Origin: an uncultured Verrucomicrobiae bacterium | Lineage (GTDB): Bacteria; Verrucomicrobiota; Verrucomicrobiia; Opitutales; JABDGR01 | DNA: 64,000 bases | Assembly: GCA_963765205.1 (NCBI GenBank) | Contig: CAVXVB010000011.1 | Span: 32,001-96,000, forward strand | Reading direction: 5' to 3' | Part shown: piece after piece, positions 9,223-17,877 of the stretch | How positions within the stretch are numbered: position 1 is the stretch's first letter | How the letters are laid out: each line of letters starts with the position of its first letter | Notes under the pieces: generated by a model | Database searches by the model: none | Seen by the model: the letters and a program-made list of their open reading frames with translations, nothing else | What the model was told of the DNA's origin: nothing | Program-made: the position numbers and the translations under genes

Positions 9223-12102
9223 ATGAAACCCCGCCCGCATCTTTTTCTCTTCCTGGCCTGGCTGGCGCTCTGCCCCGCCGCATTTACTTCCGTTTCGGCT
9301 GCGGACGCGCCCGCCGCCGTCACGCCCCGGCCTTGGCCGCAGGACGCCGGTGACCTTAAGCCCGACCCCGCCGCCGTTTACGGCGCGCTACCCAATGGCC
9401 TCCGCTACATCATCCTGCCGAACAAGGAACCGCCGGGCCGTCTGAGTTTGCGCCTGCGCGTGGCGGCCGGCTCGCTCATGGAGTCCGATGATCAGCAGGG
9501 CCTCGCGCATTTCCTCGAGCACATGGCGTTCAACGGCTCGAAGCATTTCCCCCCTGGCGAAATGGTTACCTTCTTTCAGCGCCTCGGCATGGGCTTCGGC
9601 GCCGGCACCAACGGCAACACCGGCGACCAGCGCACCGACTTCGTGCTCGAACTGCCCGACACCGCCGACAAAACCGTGCGCGACAGCCTCCAATTCTTCG
9701 ACGACATCGCCGACGGCCTCCTGCTCTTGCAAAGCGAAATTGACCGCGAGCGCGGCGTCATCCTCTCCGAAAAACGCGACCGCGACAACGTCGGCTACCG
9801 CACCAGCGTCGCCGGCATGGAATTCTATTTTCCCGACGCCCTTACGCCCCGCCGCCTGCCCATCGGCCTCGAAAGCGTCATCCGCGAATCCCAACGCGAC
9901 CGCTTTGTGGATTATTACACGAAATGGTATACCCCCGGTCGTATCACCCTCATCGTCGTCGGCGACATCAAGCCGGATGATTTCATTCCTTTGATCAAGG
10001 AATATTTCGGCCCCATCGCGCCGCGTCCCGACGCGCCCAACCCCAACCTCGGCAAGTTCGGCACGTCCGGTTTCGCGGCCACCCTCCACCGCGAGGCGGA
10101 AGCGCCCAACGTCTCCATCCGCCTGGCCACGGTGGCGCCCTTCGACCTCGGGCCGGACAGTGTTAGGCGCCGCGCCGGCGAACTGCGCCTCGAGGCCGCG
10201 AATTACATCCTCTCGCGCCGCTTCGAGCGCATTGGCCGCCAGCCCAACGCGCCCATCACCCAGGCCGGCGCCGGCAGCGACACCGACTTGGATGCCTTTC
10301 AGATATCTTACGTCGAGGCCGACTGCCAGCCTGCACAGTGGCAGGCCGCGCTCAATGTCGCCGAGCAGGAATTGCGCCGCGCCCTCGATTATGGCTTTAC
10401 CGCTGCCGAAGTGGACGAGGCCCGCGCCTATTTCCTCAATGCTTATGAAGAGGCCGCCAAGGCCGCGCCGACGCTCAAATCGGACGAGCTGGCCAACGAC
10501 TTGGCCCAGTCGCTCGACGATGATGAAGTTTACACCAGCCCGGCGCAGGACTTGGTCCTCGCCAAACCCGTGCTCGACGCCCTCACACCCGAACAGTGCG
10601 ACGACGCGCTGAAGCAGGTCTGGAACCGCTCAGGACGACGTTTGTTCGTCAGCGGCAACCTTGATTTGCCCGACCCCGCCAAGACCCTCGCCGATGCTTA
10701 CAACCAGAGTGCCGCCGTGGCCATTGCCAAGCCCGCAGACACTGGTGCCACCGCTTTCGCCTACGCTAGCACAGGTGCACCGGGCGAGGTCGCCGAACGC
10801 CACGAAGTGGCCGACCTCGGCATCACCCAATTGCGTTTCGCCAACAACGTGCGGGTTAATTTGAAGAAAACCGATTTCGAGGCCGACAAAATCCACATCC
10901 TTGTGCAATTCGGCGGCGGCAAACTCGATTTGCCCGCAGATAAACCCGCGCTGGCCTTTGGCGCTGACACCATGTTCACCGACGGCGGCCTGGGTAAGCA
11001 TAGCGCCGACGACCTCGAACGCCTGCTCGCAGGCAAAAACGTCGGCGCCGAATTTGCCACCGGCGAGGATTTCTTTCAATTGGGCGGCGTGACCAGTCCG
11101 CGCGACTTGCACCTCGAACTGGAACTTTTGAAAGCCTACCTCACCGACCCCGGCTATCGCCCCGATGCGTTGGCGCAAGAACGTCGCGGCCTGCCGACCT
11201 TTTTCAACGACCTGCGCCAAAACGTCGAGGCCGTGCTGGGCAACGAAGTCCCCCGGTTCCTCGCCGACGGCGACTACCGCTTTGGCTATCCCGCGCAGAC
11301 CCAGGCGGAAGCCGTGACGATGGACGACCTGCGCGCCTGGCTCACGCCGTTTTTACGCGACAGCTATCTCGAAATTTCTGTCGTTGGCGATTTCGACCCC
11401 GCCACGATGGAGGCAAACTTGGCCGCGACCTTCGGCACGCTGCCGCCCCGTGCCGCCCAGCGCGCCGACTACGCCGCCGCGCGCACCGTCAAATTCCCCC
11501 TGGCCGCCGAAGGTACAGTCAAAGACTTCACCGTCGAGTCGGCCATTCCCAAGGCCGAGGTGTTCGATTGCTGGCCAACGTGCGACCAGTCCGACATCCA
11601 GCGCGTGCGCATCCTCTCCGTGGTGGCCGATGTCTTTGACGACCGCCTGCGCGTCCAGGTGCGCCAGAAGCTCGGAGAGGCCTACAGCCCGGAAGTCGAG
11701 AACGACTCCAACGAAACCTTTCCCCAATACGGCTACCTGTTTGCCCTCATCACCGCCGACCCGAAACTGGCCGCCGACCTCGCCGACCAAGCCCGCACCA
11801 TCGCCGACGATTTGGCCAAAAGCGGTGTTACCCCCGATGAATTCGACCGCGCGATCACGCCCGTGCGCAAAAACATTGCGGAATACCGCCGTGAGAACGC
11901 CTACTGGCTGGGCCGCGTGCTCGCCGGCTCGCAGGCCTTCCCACAACACCTTGAAAACGCCCGCACCTTGGCCACCGCCTACGACCAAATCACCCCCGAT
12001 CAGGTGAGCGCTGAGGCTAGGGATTATCTTGGAGCCGCCCACGCCGTGCGCGTGCTCGTCCTCCCGCAGGCACCCCCGGCCACCACCACCGCCTTGCCAT
12101 GA
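9223..12102 (+). CDS. pqqL: M16 (insulinase/PqqL-like) zinc protease, exported
   Basis: Signal peptide, LPNGLRY, GLAHFLEHMAFNGS (HxxEH), ERGVILSE, about 960 aa. Confidence 0.88.
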   Translation: MKPRPHLFLFLAWLALCPAAFTSVSAADAPAAVTPRPWPQDAGDLKPDPAAVYGALPNGLRYIILPNKEPPGRLSLRLRVAAGSLMESDDQQGLAHFLEHMAFNGSKHFPPGEMVTFFQRLGMGFGAGTNGNTGDQRTDFVLELPDTADKTVRDSLQFFDDIADGLLLLQSEIDRERGVILSEKRDRDNVGYRTSVAGMEFYFPDALTPRRLPIGLESVIRESQRDRFVDYYTKWYTPGRITLIVVGDIKPDDFIPLIKEYFGPIAPRPDAPNPNLGKFGTSGFAATLHREAEAPNVSIRLATVAPFDLGPDSVRRRAGELRLEAANYILSRRFERIGRQPNAPITQAGAGSDTDLDAFQISYVEADCQPAQWQAALNVAEQELRRALDYGFTAAEVDEARAYFLNAYEEAAKAAPTLKSDELANDLAQSLDDDEVYTSPAQDLVLAKPVLDALTPEQCDDALKQVWNRSGRRLFVSGNLDLPDPAKTLADAYNQSAAVAIAKPADTGATAFAYASTGAPGEVAERHEVADLGITQLRFANNVRVNLKKTDFEADKIHILVQFGGGKLDLPADKPALAFGADTMFTDGGLGKHSADDLERLLAGKNVGAEFATGEDFFQLGGVTSPRDLHLELELLKAYLTDPGYRPDALAQERRGLPTFFNDLRQNVEAVLGNEVPRFLADGDYRFGYPAQTQAEAVTMDDLRAWLTPFLRDSYLEISVVGDFDPATMEANLAATFGTLPPRAAQRADYAAARTVKFPLAAEGTVKDFTVESAIPKAEVFDCWPTCDQSDIQRVRILSVVADVFDDRLRVQVRQKLGEAYSPEVENDSNETFPQYGYLFALITADPKLAADLADQARTIADDLAKSGVTPDEFDRAITPVRKNIAEYRRENAYWLGRVLAGSQAFPQHLENARTLATAYDQITPDQVSAEARDYLGAAHAVRVLVLPQAPPATTTALP

Positions 12103-12713
12103 AAATTCTCGTCGCCGACGACCATCGGGTCAACCGCCGCCTCCTCCAGGTCCTGCTGGAAGCGGAGGGCTACGAGATCGTCGAAGCACGCGATGGCGCG
12201 GAGGCCCTGGGCGTGCTCAACGCGATGACCAAGCCGTGCGTGGCGTTGGTGGACTGGCAGATGCCGGAAATAGAAGGCCCCGAAGTGTGCCGCCTGGCCC
12301 GCCTGCGGCCCAACGGGCCCCCGCTCTTCCTCCTCCTTGTCACCATTCGTGATAGCAAGGATGATATTGTGACTGGCTTGCGTGCCGGGGCGAACGATTA
12401 CGTGGTCAAGCCCTTCCATAAGGACGAAATGCTCGCGCGGGTCAAAACCGGCGTGCAACTCGTCCAGTTGCAGCAAAGCCTGCTCGACCGCGTGCAGGAA
12501 TTGGGCGACGCGCTGGCGCGGGTCAAAACGCTCAGCGGTTTGCTCCCCATTTGCGGCTACTGCAAGAAAATCCGCAGCGACCGCGACTACTGGCAGCAGG
12601 TCGAAGATTACCTGTCCCGCCACTCCGAGGTGCAATTCAGCCACGGCATTTGCCCGGAATGCTTCCAGATCCACATCCAGCCACAGTTGGATCAGTTGCG
12701 ACAGCACGCCTGA
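12099..12713 (+). CDS. Response regulator with C-terminal Cys-rich (putative Zn-binding) domain
   Basis: VADD, DWQMP, GANDYVVKP; tail LPICGYCKKIR...SHGICPEC. Confidence 0.88.
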   Translation: MKILVADDHRVNRRLLQVLLEAEGYEIVEARDGAEALGVLNAMTKPCVALVDWQMPEIEGPEVCRLARLRPNGPPLFLLLVTIRDSKDDIVTGLRAGANDYVVKPFHKDEMLARVKTGVQLVQLQQSLLDRVQELGDALARVKTLSGLLPICGYCKKIRSDRDYWQQVEDYLSRHSEVQFSHGICPECFQIHIQPQLDQLRQHA

Positions 12714-12739
12714 GGCGCGGCGACCGCGCCGCTTTTGCC

Positions 12740-13654
12740 ATGAAAATCGCCATCGTGGGAGCTGGGGCCGTCGGTGGTTATTACGGCGCGCGTCTGGCCC
12801 GCGCGGGGGAGGAGGTGCATTTCCTCCTACGCTCCGATTTCGCCACCGTGCGTGACCGGGGCTGGCAAATCACCGACCAGGATGGAACCTGGACGCTGCT
12901 CCCGGCCCGCGCGCACGACCGCCCGGAAACCATCGGGGCCTGCGACGCCGTCCTCATCGCCGCCAAAGCCACCGCCAACCCCGCGCTCCCGCCGCTGGTG
13001 CGCCCGTTGCTGGGGGAAAACACCCTGCTCCTCTCCTTGCAAAACGGCTTGGGCAATGTCGAGTTCCACGCTGCTTATGCCGGCGCGGAACGTGTGCTGG
13101 GCGGCCTTGCCTTTGTGTGCATCAACCGCGTCGCCCCGGGCGTGATCGAGAAATACATTCCCGGCAGCGTGCGCCTCGGCGAATTTTCCGGGCCGGCCCG
13201 CGCGCGCACGCGAGACCTCGCGGCCCGCTTCACCCATGCGGGCGTGGACTGCGCCGCGGTGGATTCGCTCGCCGACGCGCTCTGGCGCAAGCTCGTCTGG
13301 AATATACCCTTCAACGGCCTCGCCATCGCCGCAGGCGGCGTGACGACGGATGTCATCCTCGCCCAACCCGCCTGGCGCGAACAGGCTTGGGCGCTTATGC
13401 TTGAAGTGCGCGCCGGTGCGGCCGCGTTGGGCCTCGAAATCCCCGAAGCATTTTTGCATCGGCAAATGGAGGTCACGCCGCCGATGGGCGCCTACAAACC
13501 GTCCAGCTTGGTGGATTATCTCGCCGGGCGCGCCGTCGAAGTCGAGGCCATCTGGGGCGAGCCGGCCCGTCGCGCCCGCGCCGCCGGCGTCCCGCTCCCA
13601 CGCCTGGAAGCGCTCTATGCGCAGCTCCGACGGCAATGCCCTGCCCTTATTTGA
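12740..13654 (+). CDS. panE: 2-dehydropantoate 2-reductase (ApbA/PanE)
   Basis: MKIAIVGAGAVGGYYG, LQNGLG, WRKLVWN, YKPSSLVD, EVEAI. Confidence 0.9.
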   Translation: MKIAIVGAGAVGGYYGARLARAGEEVHFLLRSDFATVRDRGWQITDQDGTWTLLPARAHDRPETIGACDAVLIAAKATANPALPPLVRPLLGENTLLLSLQNGLGNVEFHAAYAGAERVLGGLAFVCINRVAPGVIEKYIPGSVRLGEFSGPARARTRDLAARFTHAGVDCAAVDSLADALWRKLVWNIPFNGLAIAAGGVTTDVILAQPAWREQAWALMLEVRAGAAALGLEIPEAFLHRQMEVTPPMGAYKPSSLVDYLAGRAVEVEAIWGEPARRARAAGVPLPRLEALYAQLRRQCPALI

Positions 13655-14363
13655 CTAATTTCAGATCGCTGGATTCATGCACGAACGCGTCCACGTCCAC
13701 GCCATGCCGCACCTCAAAGCCCTGTGTGGTGAGTTCGCCGCCGTCCACCGTGAGGCGCAGCGTTTCCACCTCGCCAAAATCCAGCGCCGCCTCGGTCGAG
13801 TTTGTCGCCCGCCACACCAGGTTTTCCTGGGCCGTGCGGGCGATGTATCTGAGCGGCTGCCCGTCTTGCGTCACTTCCGAGACGATGCATCCGCTTTCCA
13901 CCCACAGGCGCGCGTAGCTGACGGCCGGTGCGCCGTTGATAAGGTAAGTGATGGTACATGCTAGAACGCGCCGGCCAGCCACCTCGACAAAGCGATAGAC
14001 CATTTCCGTGGGAAAATGAAGGATTTTTGGGTTGTCCGTGGAATACCACGTGCTCTCGCCCCGCCACGTCCCCACGTAAGCGGCCAGTCGGGCCTCCAGT
14101 TGCGCCGGCGTGCTTGCTTCCGCGGGCGGGATGGTGGCGATGGACAGCAGCAGGTCTTTGGGCATCATGGCGGCCAGGTCAATCTGCTCGGTGGGCGCCA
14201 GCACCGGTGTGTCCGCCAGCAGTTTCGGCAAGTGCGGCGACGCCCAATCATCCGGCGCGGGCACAGACGGCGGCAGCGCCAGACTGCCCGAGGAAGCCGC
14301 GTGGGCGGCCAGGGCGCCAAGGCACACGGTGGCTAGCAGAAAATGACGTGCGGGGGCGCGCAT
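13647..14363 (-). CDS. Hypothetical exported protein (possible beta-barrel/lipocalin-like)
   Basis: Signal peptide, Pro-rich linker, YVGTWRG motif followed by beta strands. Confidence 0.6.
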   Translation of the reverse strand: MRAPARHFLLATVCLGALAAHAASSGSLALPPSVPAPDDWASPHLPKLLADTPVLAPTEQIDLAAMMPKDLLLSIATIPPAEASTPAQLEARLAAYVGTWRGESTWYSTDNPKILHFPTEMVYRFVEVAGRRVLACTITYLINGAPAVSYARLWVESGCIVSEVTQDGQPLRYIARTAQENLVWRATNSTEAALDFGEVETLRLTVDGGELTTQGFEVRHGVDVDAFVHESSDLKLVK

Positions 14364-14472
14364 GGGTGGAAAATTCAGATTGAAGTATGAAGAAAATAGG
14401 AATCAGGAATCAGAAGATTATCTCCAGATTCAAAAATCCGCAATTCTGCATTCATTATTCTGCATTGTCCCT

Positions 14473-15822
14473 TCAGCCCGCGCCCAGCTCGCGCACAGCG
14501 GCGAGTTTGAGCGTGGCCAGCAGCGCTTCGAGTTCCGCGCGCTCCGGGCCTTCCACCAGGAGGCGCAGTTTTTTTTCCGTGCCGGAATAGCGCGCCAGCA
14601 CGCGCCCGCGCCCGCCCAGTTCCGCCTCCACGGCGCACAGCGCCTCGCCCAGCAGCGGCAGTTCCGCAAAGGGTTTTTGCGCGCGCACCCGCAGGCTCAG
14701 GGTCAGTTGCGGCAACAGCGGCACCTCGCGGCGCAGGGCCGACAGCGGCCGACCCGTGTCGCGCAGCACGCCAATCAGTTGCAGCGCCGCCAGCAATCCG
14801 TCCCCGCAGCGCGACAGCCGTGGGAAAATATAATGCCCGGAATTTTCGCCGCCGAGCGCCGTGCCCAATTCGAGAAGTTTATGCAGCACCTGCCGGTCGC
14901 CCACGCCCACGCGCACCACGCGGCCGCCCGCGGCTTCCACCGCGCGGTCGAGGCCGAGGTTGCTCTGCACCGTCGCCACAACGATCCCCTGCGGCAGCGC
15001 GCCCCGCCGCAGCGCGTGCAGGGCGAATACGCCCAGCACCTGGTCGCCGTCCACCACCGCGCCCGTTTCATCGCACACCACCAGCCGGTCGCCATCGCCA
15101 TCGTGGGCCAAACCCAGGCGCGCGCCACTGGCCCGCACGAGGGCCGCCAAGTGTTCCGGATGTTCGCTCCCCGCGTCCACGTTGATGCGCGCGCCGTCAA
15201 GCTCGCCCGCCCGCACGCGCACGTCTGCACCGAGGCGACAAAGGGCTTCCGGCGTGGTCGCGCAAGTTGCGCCATGGCCGCAGTCCACCGCGATGGTCCA
15301 GCCCGCGAGCGCCTGGGGCGGCAGCAAACGGGTGCGCAGCTTCAGGTAAGAATCAAGCGCATCAGCCTTTTCGAGGGCATGGGGCACGGGCACGGTCGCC
15401 GGGGCCTGCACTCGGTCAATCCAGGCTTCGATTTCCGCCTCCTCGGCAATATCGAGCTTGAGGCCGTGGTCGTCAAAAAATTTCACGCCGTTGTCGCCGG
15501 GAGGATTGTGCGACGCCGTGATCATCACGCCGAAATCCGCGCGCCGTTCCTGCACCGCCTCCGGCACCGCCGGCGTCGGCACCACGCCGCAATCCAGCAC
15601 GCGGTGGCCCCCGGCGAGCAACCCTTCGGCCAACGCGTCGAGAATCGCCGGTCCGCTTACCCGCGGATCGCGTCCGGCGACCACTTGCAGCCGTCGGCCC
15701 GGCTGGCGCAGCGCGAGGTGTTGCGCGAGCGCGTAACCCAGCCGCCGCAGAAACGGCGCGTCCAGCGGCGATTCGCCAAACGGGCCGCGGATGCCATCCG
15801 TGCCGAAATATCGCAATCGCAT
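14473..15822 (-). CDS. glmM: Phosphoglucosamine mutase
   Basis: YFGTDGIRG, TASHNP, HDGDGDR, GGENSGH, RYSGTE. Confidence 0.93.
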   Translation of the reverse strand: MRLRYFGTDGIRGPFGESPLDAPFLRRLGYALAQHLALRQPGRRLQVVAGRDPRVSGPAILDALAEGLLAGGHRVLDCGVVPTPAVPEAVQERRADFGVMITASHNPPGDNGVKFFDDHGLKLDIAEEAEIEAWIDRVQAPATVPVPHALEKADALDSYLKLRTRLLPPQALAGWTIAVDCGHGATCATTPEALCRLGADVRVRAGELDGARINVDAGSEHPEHLAALVRASGARLGLAHDGDGDRLVVCDETGAVVDGDQVLGVFALHALRRGALPQGIVVATVQSNLGLDRAVEAAGGRVVRVGVGDRQVLHKLLELGTALGGENSGHYIFPRLSRCGDGLLAALQLIGVLRDTGRPLSALRREVPLLPQLTLSLRVRAQKPFAELPLLGEALCAVEAELGGRGRVLARYSGTEKKLRLLVEGPERAELEALLATLKLAAVRELGAG

Positions 15823-15899
15823 GAAAGTATTTTATTCCAAAACGGCGGCCCAAGGCAAACGCGGAAGCCCGTGCGCCGGGGAGTAATTTCCCCTAATGC

Positions 15900-17057
15900 C
15901 TAAGGCTTGACCTCCCGAAAAAACTCCCGCGCCCGACCCAGCCAGTCCTTCACTTCGCCTCCGGCCAGCAAGCGCCGCGCCTCCTCCACGCCCGTCGCCA
16001 AATTCCCCGCGCGTCCCGCCACCCACAATGCCGCGCCCGCGTTGAGGCACACCGTGTCGCGCAGCCCGGCGGGCGCGCGATGGTCGAGCAAGTCTTCGAG
16101 CAGCTGCGCATTGCGTACCGCGTCGCCGCCCGCCAGCACCGCCGCCTCGGCGGGCGCGAGCTTGAATTTCTCCGCGTCGAATTCCACCGCCGGGCGGTCG
16201 CCGCCGGGAAACGACGATTCCGCCGCGCCCGGCGGCCGGGCCTGAAAAGTTTGCGGATCCAAAAACCGCAGTTCGCCGACGCCCATCATCGAATTGCGGC
16301 CCACGACGGACAGTTCATCCAGCCGCGTCCCGCCGCCGGTTTGCCGCCCAAGCACCACCAGCCCCCGCCGCACGCCGAGTTCCTCCATGCTCGCCGCCAC
16401 CAGCGGCGCACAGGCCCAGTCGAAAATGCCCACCACCTGGTGGATCGGCCGTCCTGGGTTGACCAGCGGGCCGAGCAAATTGAACACCGTGCGCCGCCCC
16501 TCCTTTGCCAGCGCCTTGCGCGCCGGCGCGACGCGTGCGAACGCCGGATGAAAAGCCGGCGCATAAAAAAACGCGAAATTCAATTCCCGCAGCGCCGACC
16601 GCCACACCGCATCCGTCGCCTCAATCGGCAAGCCCACTTTTTCCAGAAAATCCGCGCTGCCCGACTTCAACGTCAGCGCGCGGTTCCCATGCTTGAACAC
16701 CGGCACCCGCGCCGCTGCGACCACGAAGGCGGCCGCCGTCGAAACATTGAAACTCCCCGAGTGGTCGCCCCCCGTGCCGCACAAGTCCATCGCCCGCCCC
16801 GCCCAGGCCTCGACATGCGGGTTGCGCGCCAGCGCGCGGAACGTCTTCGCAAATTCCGCCAGCAAGTTCGGCGTCCACAAATCCTCGGACAATTCACGCA
16901 GAAACTTCGTTTTTGCCGCGTCATCCACACCTTCCGCCGCCAGCGCCTCCGCCGCGCGTCCGGCTTCGAGCACATGGCCGCGCCGCGCCCGCAACTTGGC
17001 GAGCAAATCGTCAAACACCGGCACGGCGGTCGGCGGACTGGATGAAACATCAGGCAT
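15900..17057 (-). CDS. trpD: Anthranilate phosphoribosyltransferase
   Basis: DLCGTGGD, FNVST, KHGNR, SGSAD, RTVFNLLGPLVNP, LDE, LNAG; start 17057 or 17087. Confidence 0.9.
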   Translation of the reverse strand: MPDVSSSPPTAVPVFDDLLAKLRARRGHVLEAGRAAEALAAEGVDDAAKTKFLRELSEDLWTPNLLAEFAKTFRALARNPHVEAWAGRAMDLCGTGGDHSGSFNVSTAAAFVVAAARVPVFKHGNRALTLKSGSADFLEKVGLPIEATDAVWRSALRELNFAFFYAPAFHPAFARVAPARKALAKEGRRTVFNLLGPLVNPGRPIHQVVGIFDWACAPLVAASMEELGVRRGLVVLGRQTGGGTRLDELSVVGRNSMMGVGELRFLDPQTFQARPPGAAESSFPGGDRPAVEFDAEKFKLAPAEAAVLAGGDAVRNAQLLEDLLDHRAPAGLRDTVCLNAGAALWVAGRAGNLATGVEEARRLLAGGEVKDWLGRAREFFREVKP

Positions 17058-17138
17058 TGTGCTGCCGTTATCGCCGCTGGACGCCATTTCGACAAGTGGT
17101 TTTTTGACAGTAATGTAATTTGACGAATTTCTTTATTC

Positions 17139-17211
17139 ATAGCGCGGTGCTTTAGCCCGCGCTCTGGAGCGTCCCTTGGGAAAGAAGCGCGGTCTAAAGC
17201 ACCGCGCCACA
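17139..17211. repeat. REP-doublet-like inverted repeat
   Basis: TAGCGCGGTGCTTTAGCCCGCGCT ... AGCGCGGTCTAAAGCACCGCGCCA; a single related arm lies at 47670-47692. Confidence 0.7.
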
Positions 17212-17327
17212 AAACCACCGATAAACCTATTCGAGGGATTTGCGGACAGGTTCTCATCGCTGATGTTGACCGATCGTGATTGTTTATTCCGGCGGGACGG
17301 GATTTAATCGCGCCGACCTCCCCCGCC

Positions 17328-17870
17328 ATGAAACCGGCCGCCCGCATTATTCTTATCCTCGCGATGGCGGTCATAATCGCGGCTCTGCTGACATGGAAAT
17401 TCTGGCCTACGGTTGTGGACACCTCTTCATCATCCCTGCGTCCCAGCACGCCCGCGCCAACCCCATCCACGGTCGCCGCGCCCACCCAGCCACCCGCGCC
17501 ACCCGTAACGTCCGCTTCCATCAGCGCCCCGCCCGACCGCGCGGCCGTCTCGGCGGCGGGCGGGAGCATCGAGCCAGTGTCGGTTACTTATCAGGACAAA
17601 CACGTCAAAATGGACTTTGGCTCAGTGGTGCTGACGCCCGGCGTGCCCGCGCACCTGACGATGCCCACCGGCCAAACCGGCACGGTCACGGCCACACTCT
17701 CCACCGACGGCCGGATGCAAATGGACGTGGATATCGAAGGCACCGCGCCCGGCGGGCAGGCGACGATGTTGCACGGCGTCTTTTTCGGCGACGCCAAGGA
17801 CGGCGGCCAGATTGATTTTGGCAATGACGATATCAGCCTTGTGATGACAGTAAAGTGGGCCAACCCGTAG
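17328..17870 (+). CDS. Hypothetical protein with N-terminal membrane anchor and Pro/Thr/Ser-rich linker
   Basis: Hydrophobic N-terminus, PSTPAPTPSTVAAPTQPPAPP linker, small beta domain. Confidence 0.7.
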   Translation: MKPAARIILILAMAVIIAALLTWKFWPTVVDTSSSSLRPSTPAPTPSTVAAPTQPPAPPVTSASISAPPDRAAVSAAGGSIEPVSVTYQDKHVKMDFGSVVLTPGVPAHLTMPTGQTGTVTATLSTDGRMQMDVDIEGTAPGGQATMLHGVFFGDAKDGGQIDFGNDDISLVMTVKWANP

Positions 17871-17877
17871 CCGCCAG

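Noticed and set aside
14362..15903. 513-aa plus-strand ORF
   Set aside because: Antisense shadow of glmM; Arg/Ala/Gln-rich with no motifs, as expected in high-GC DNA
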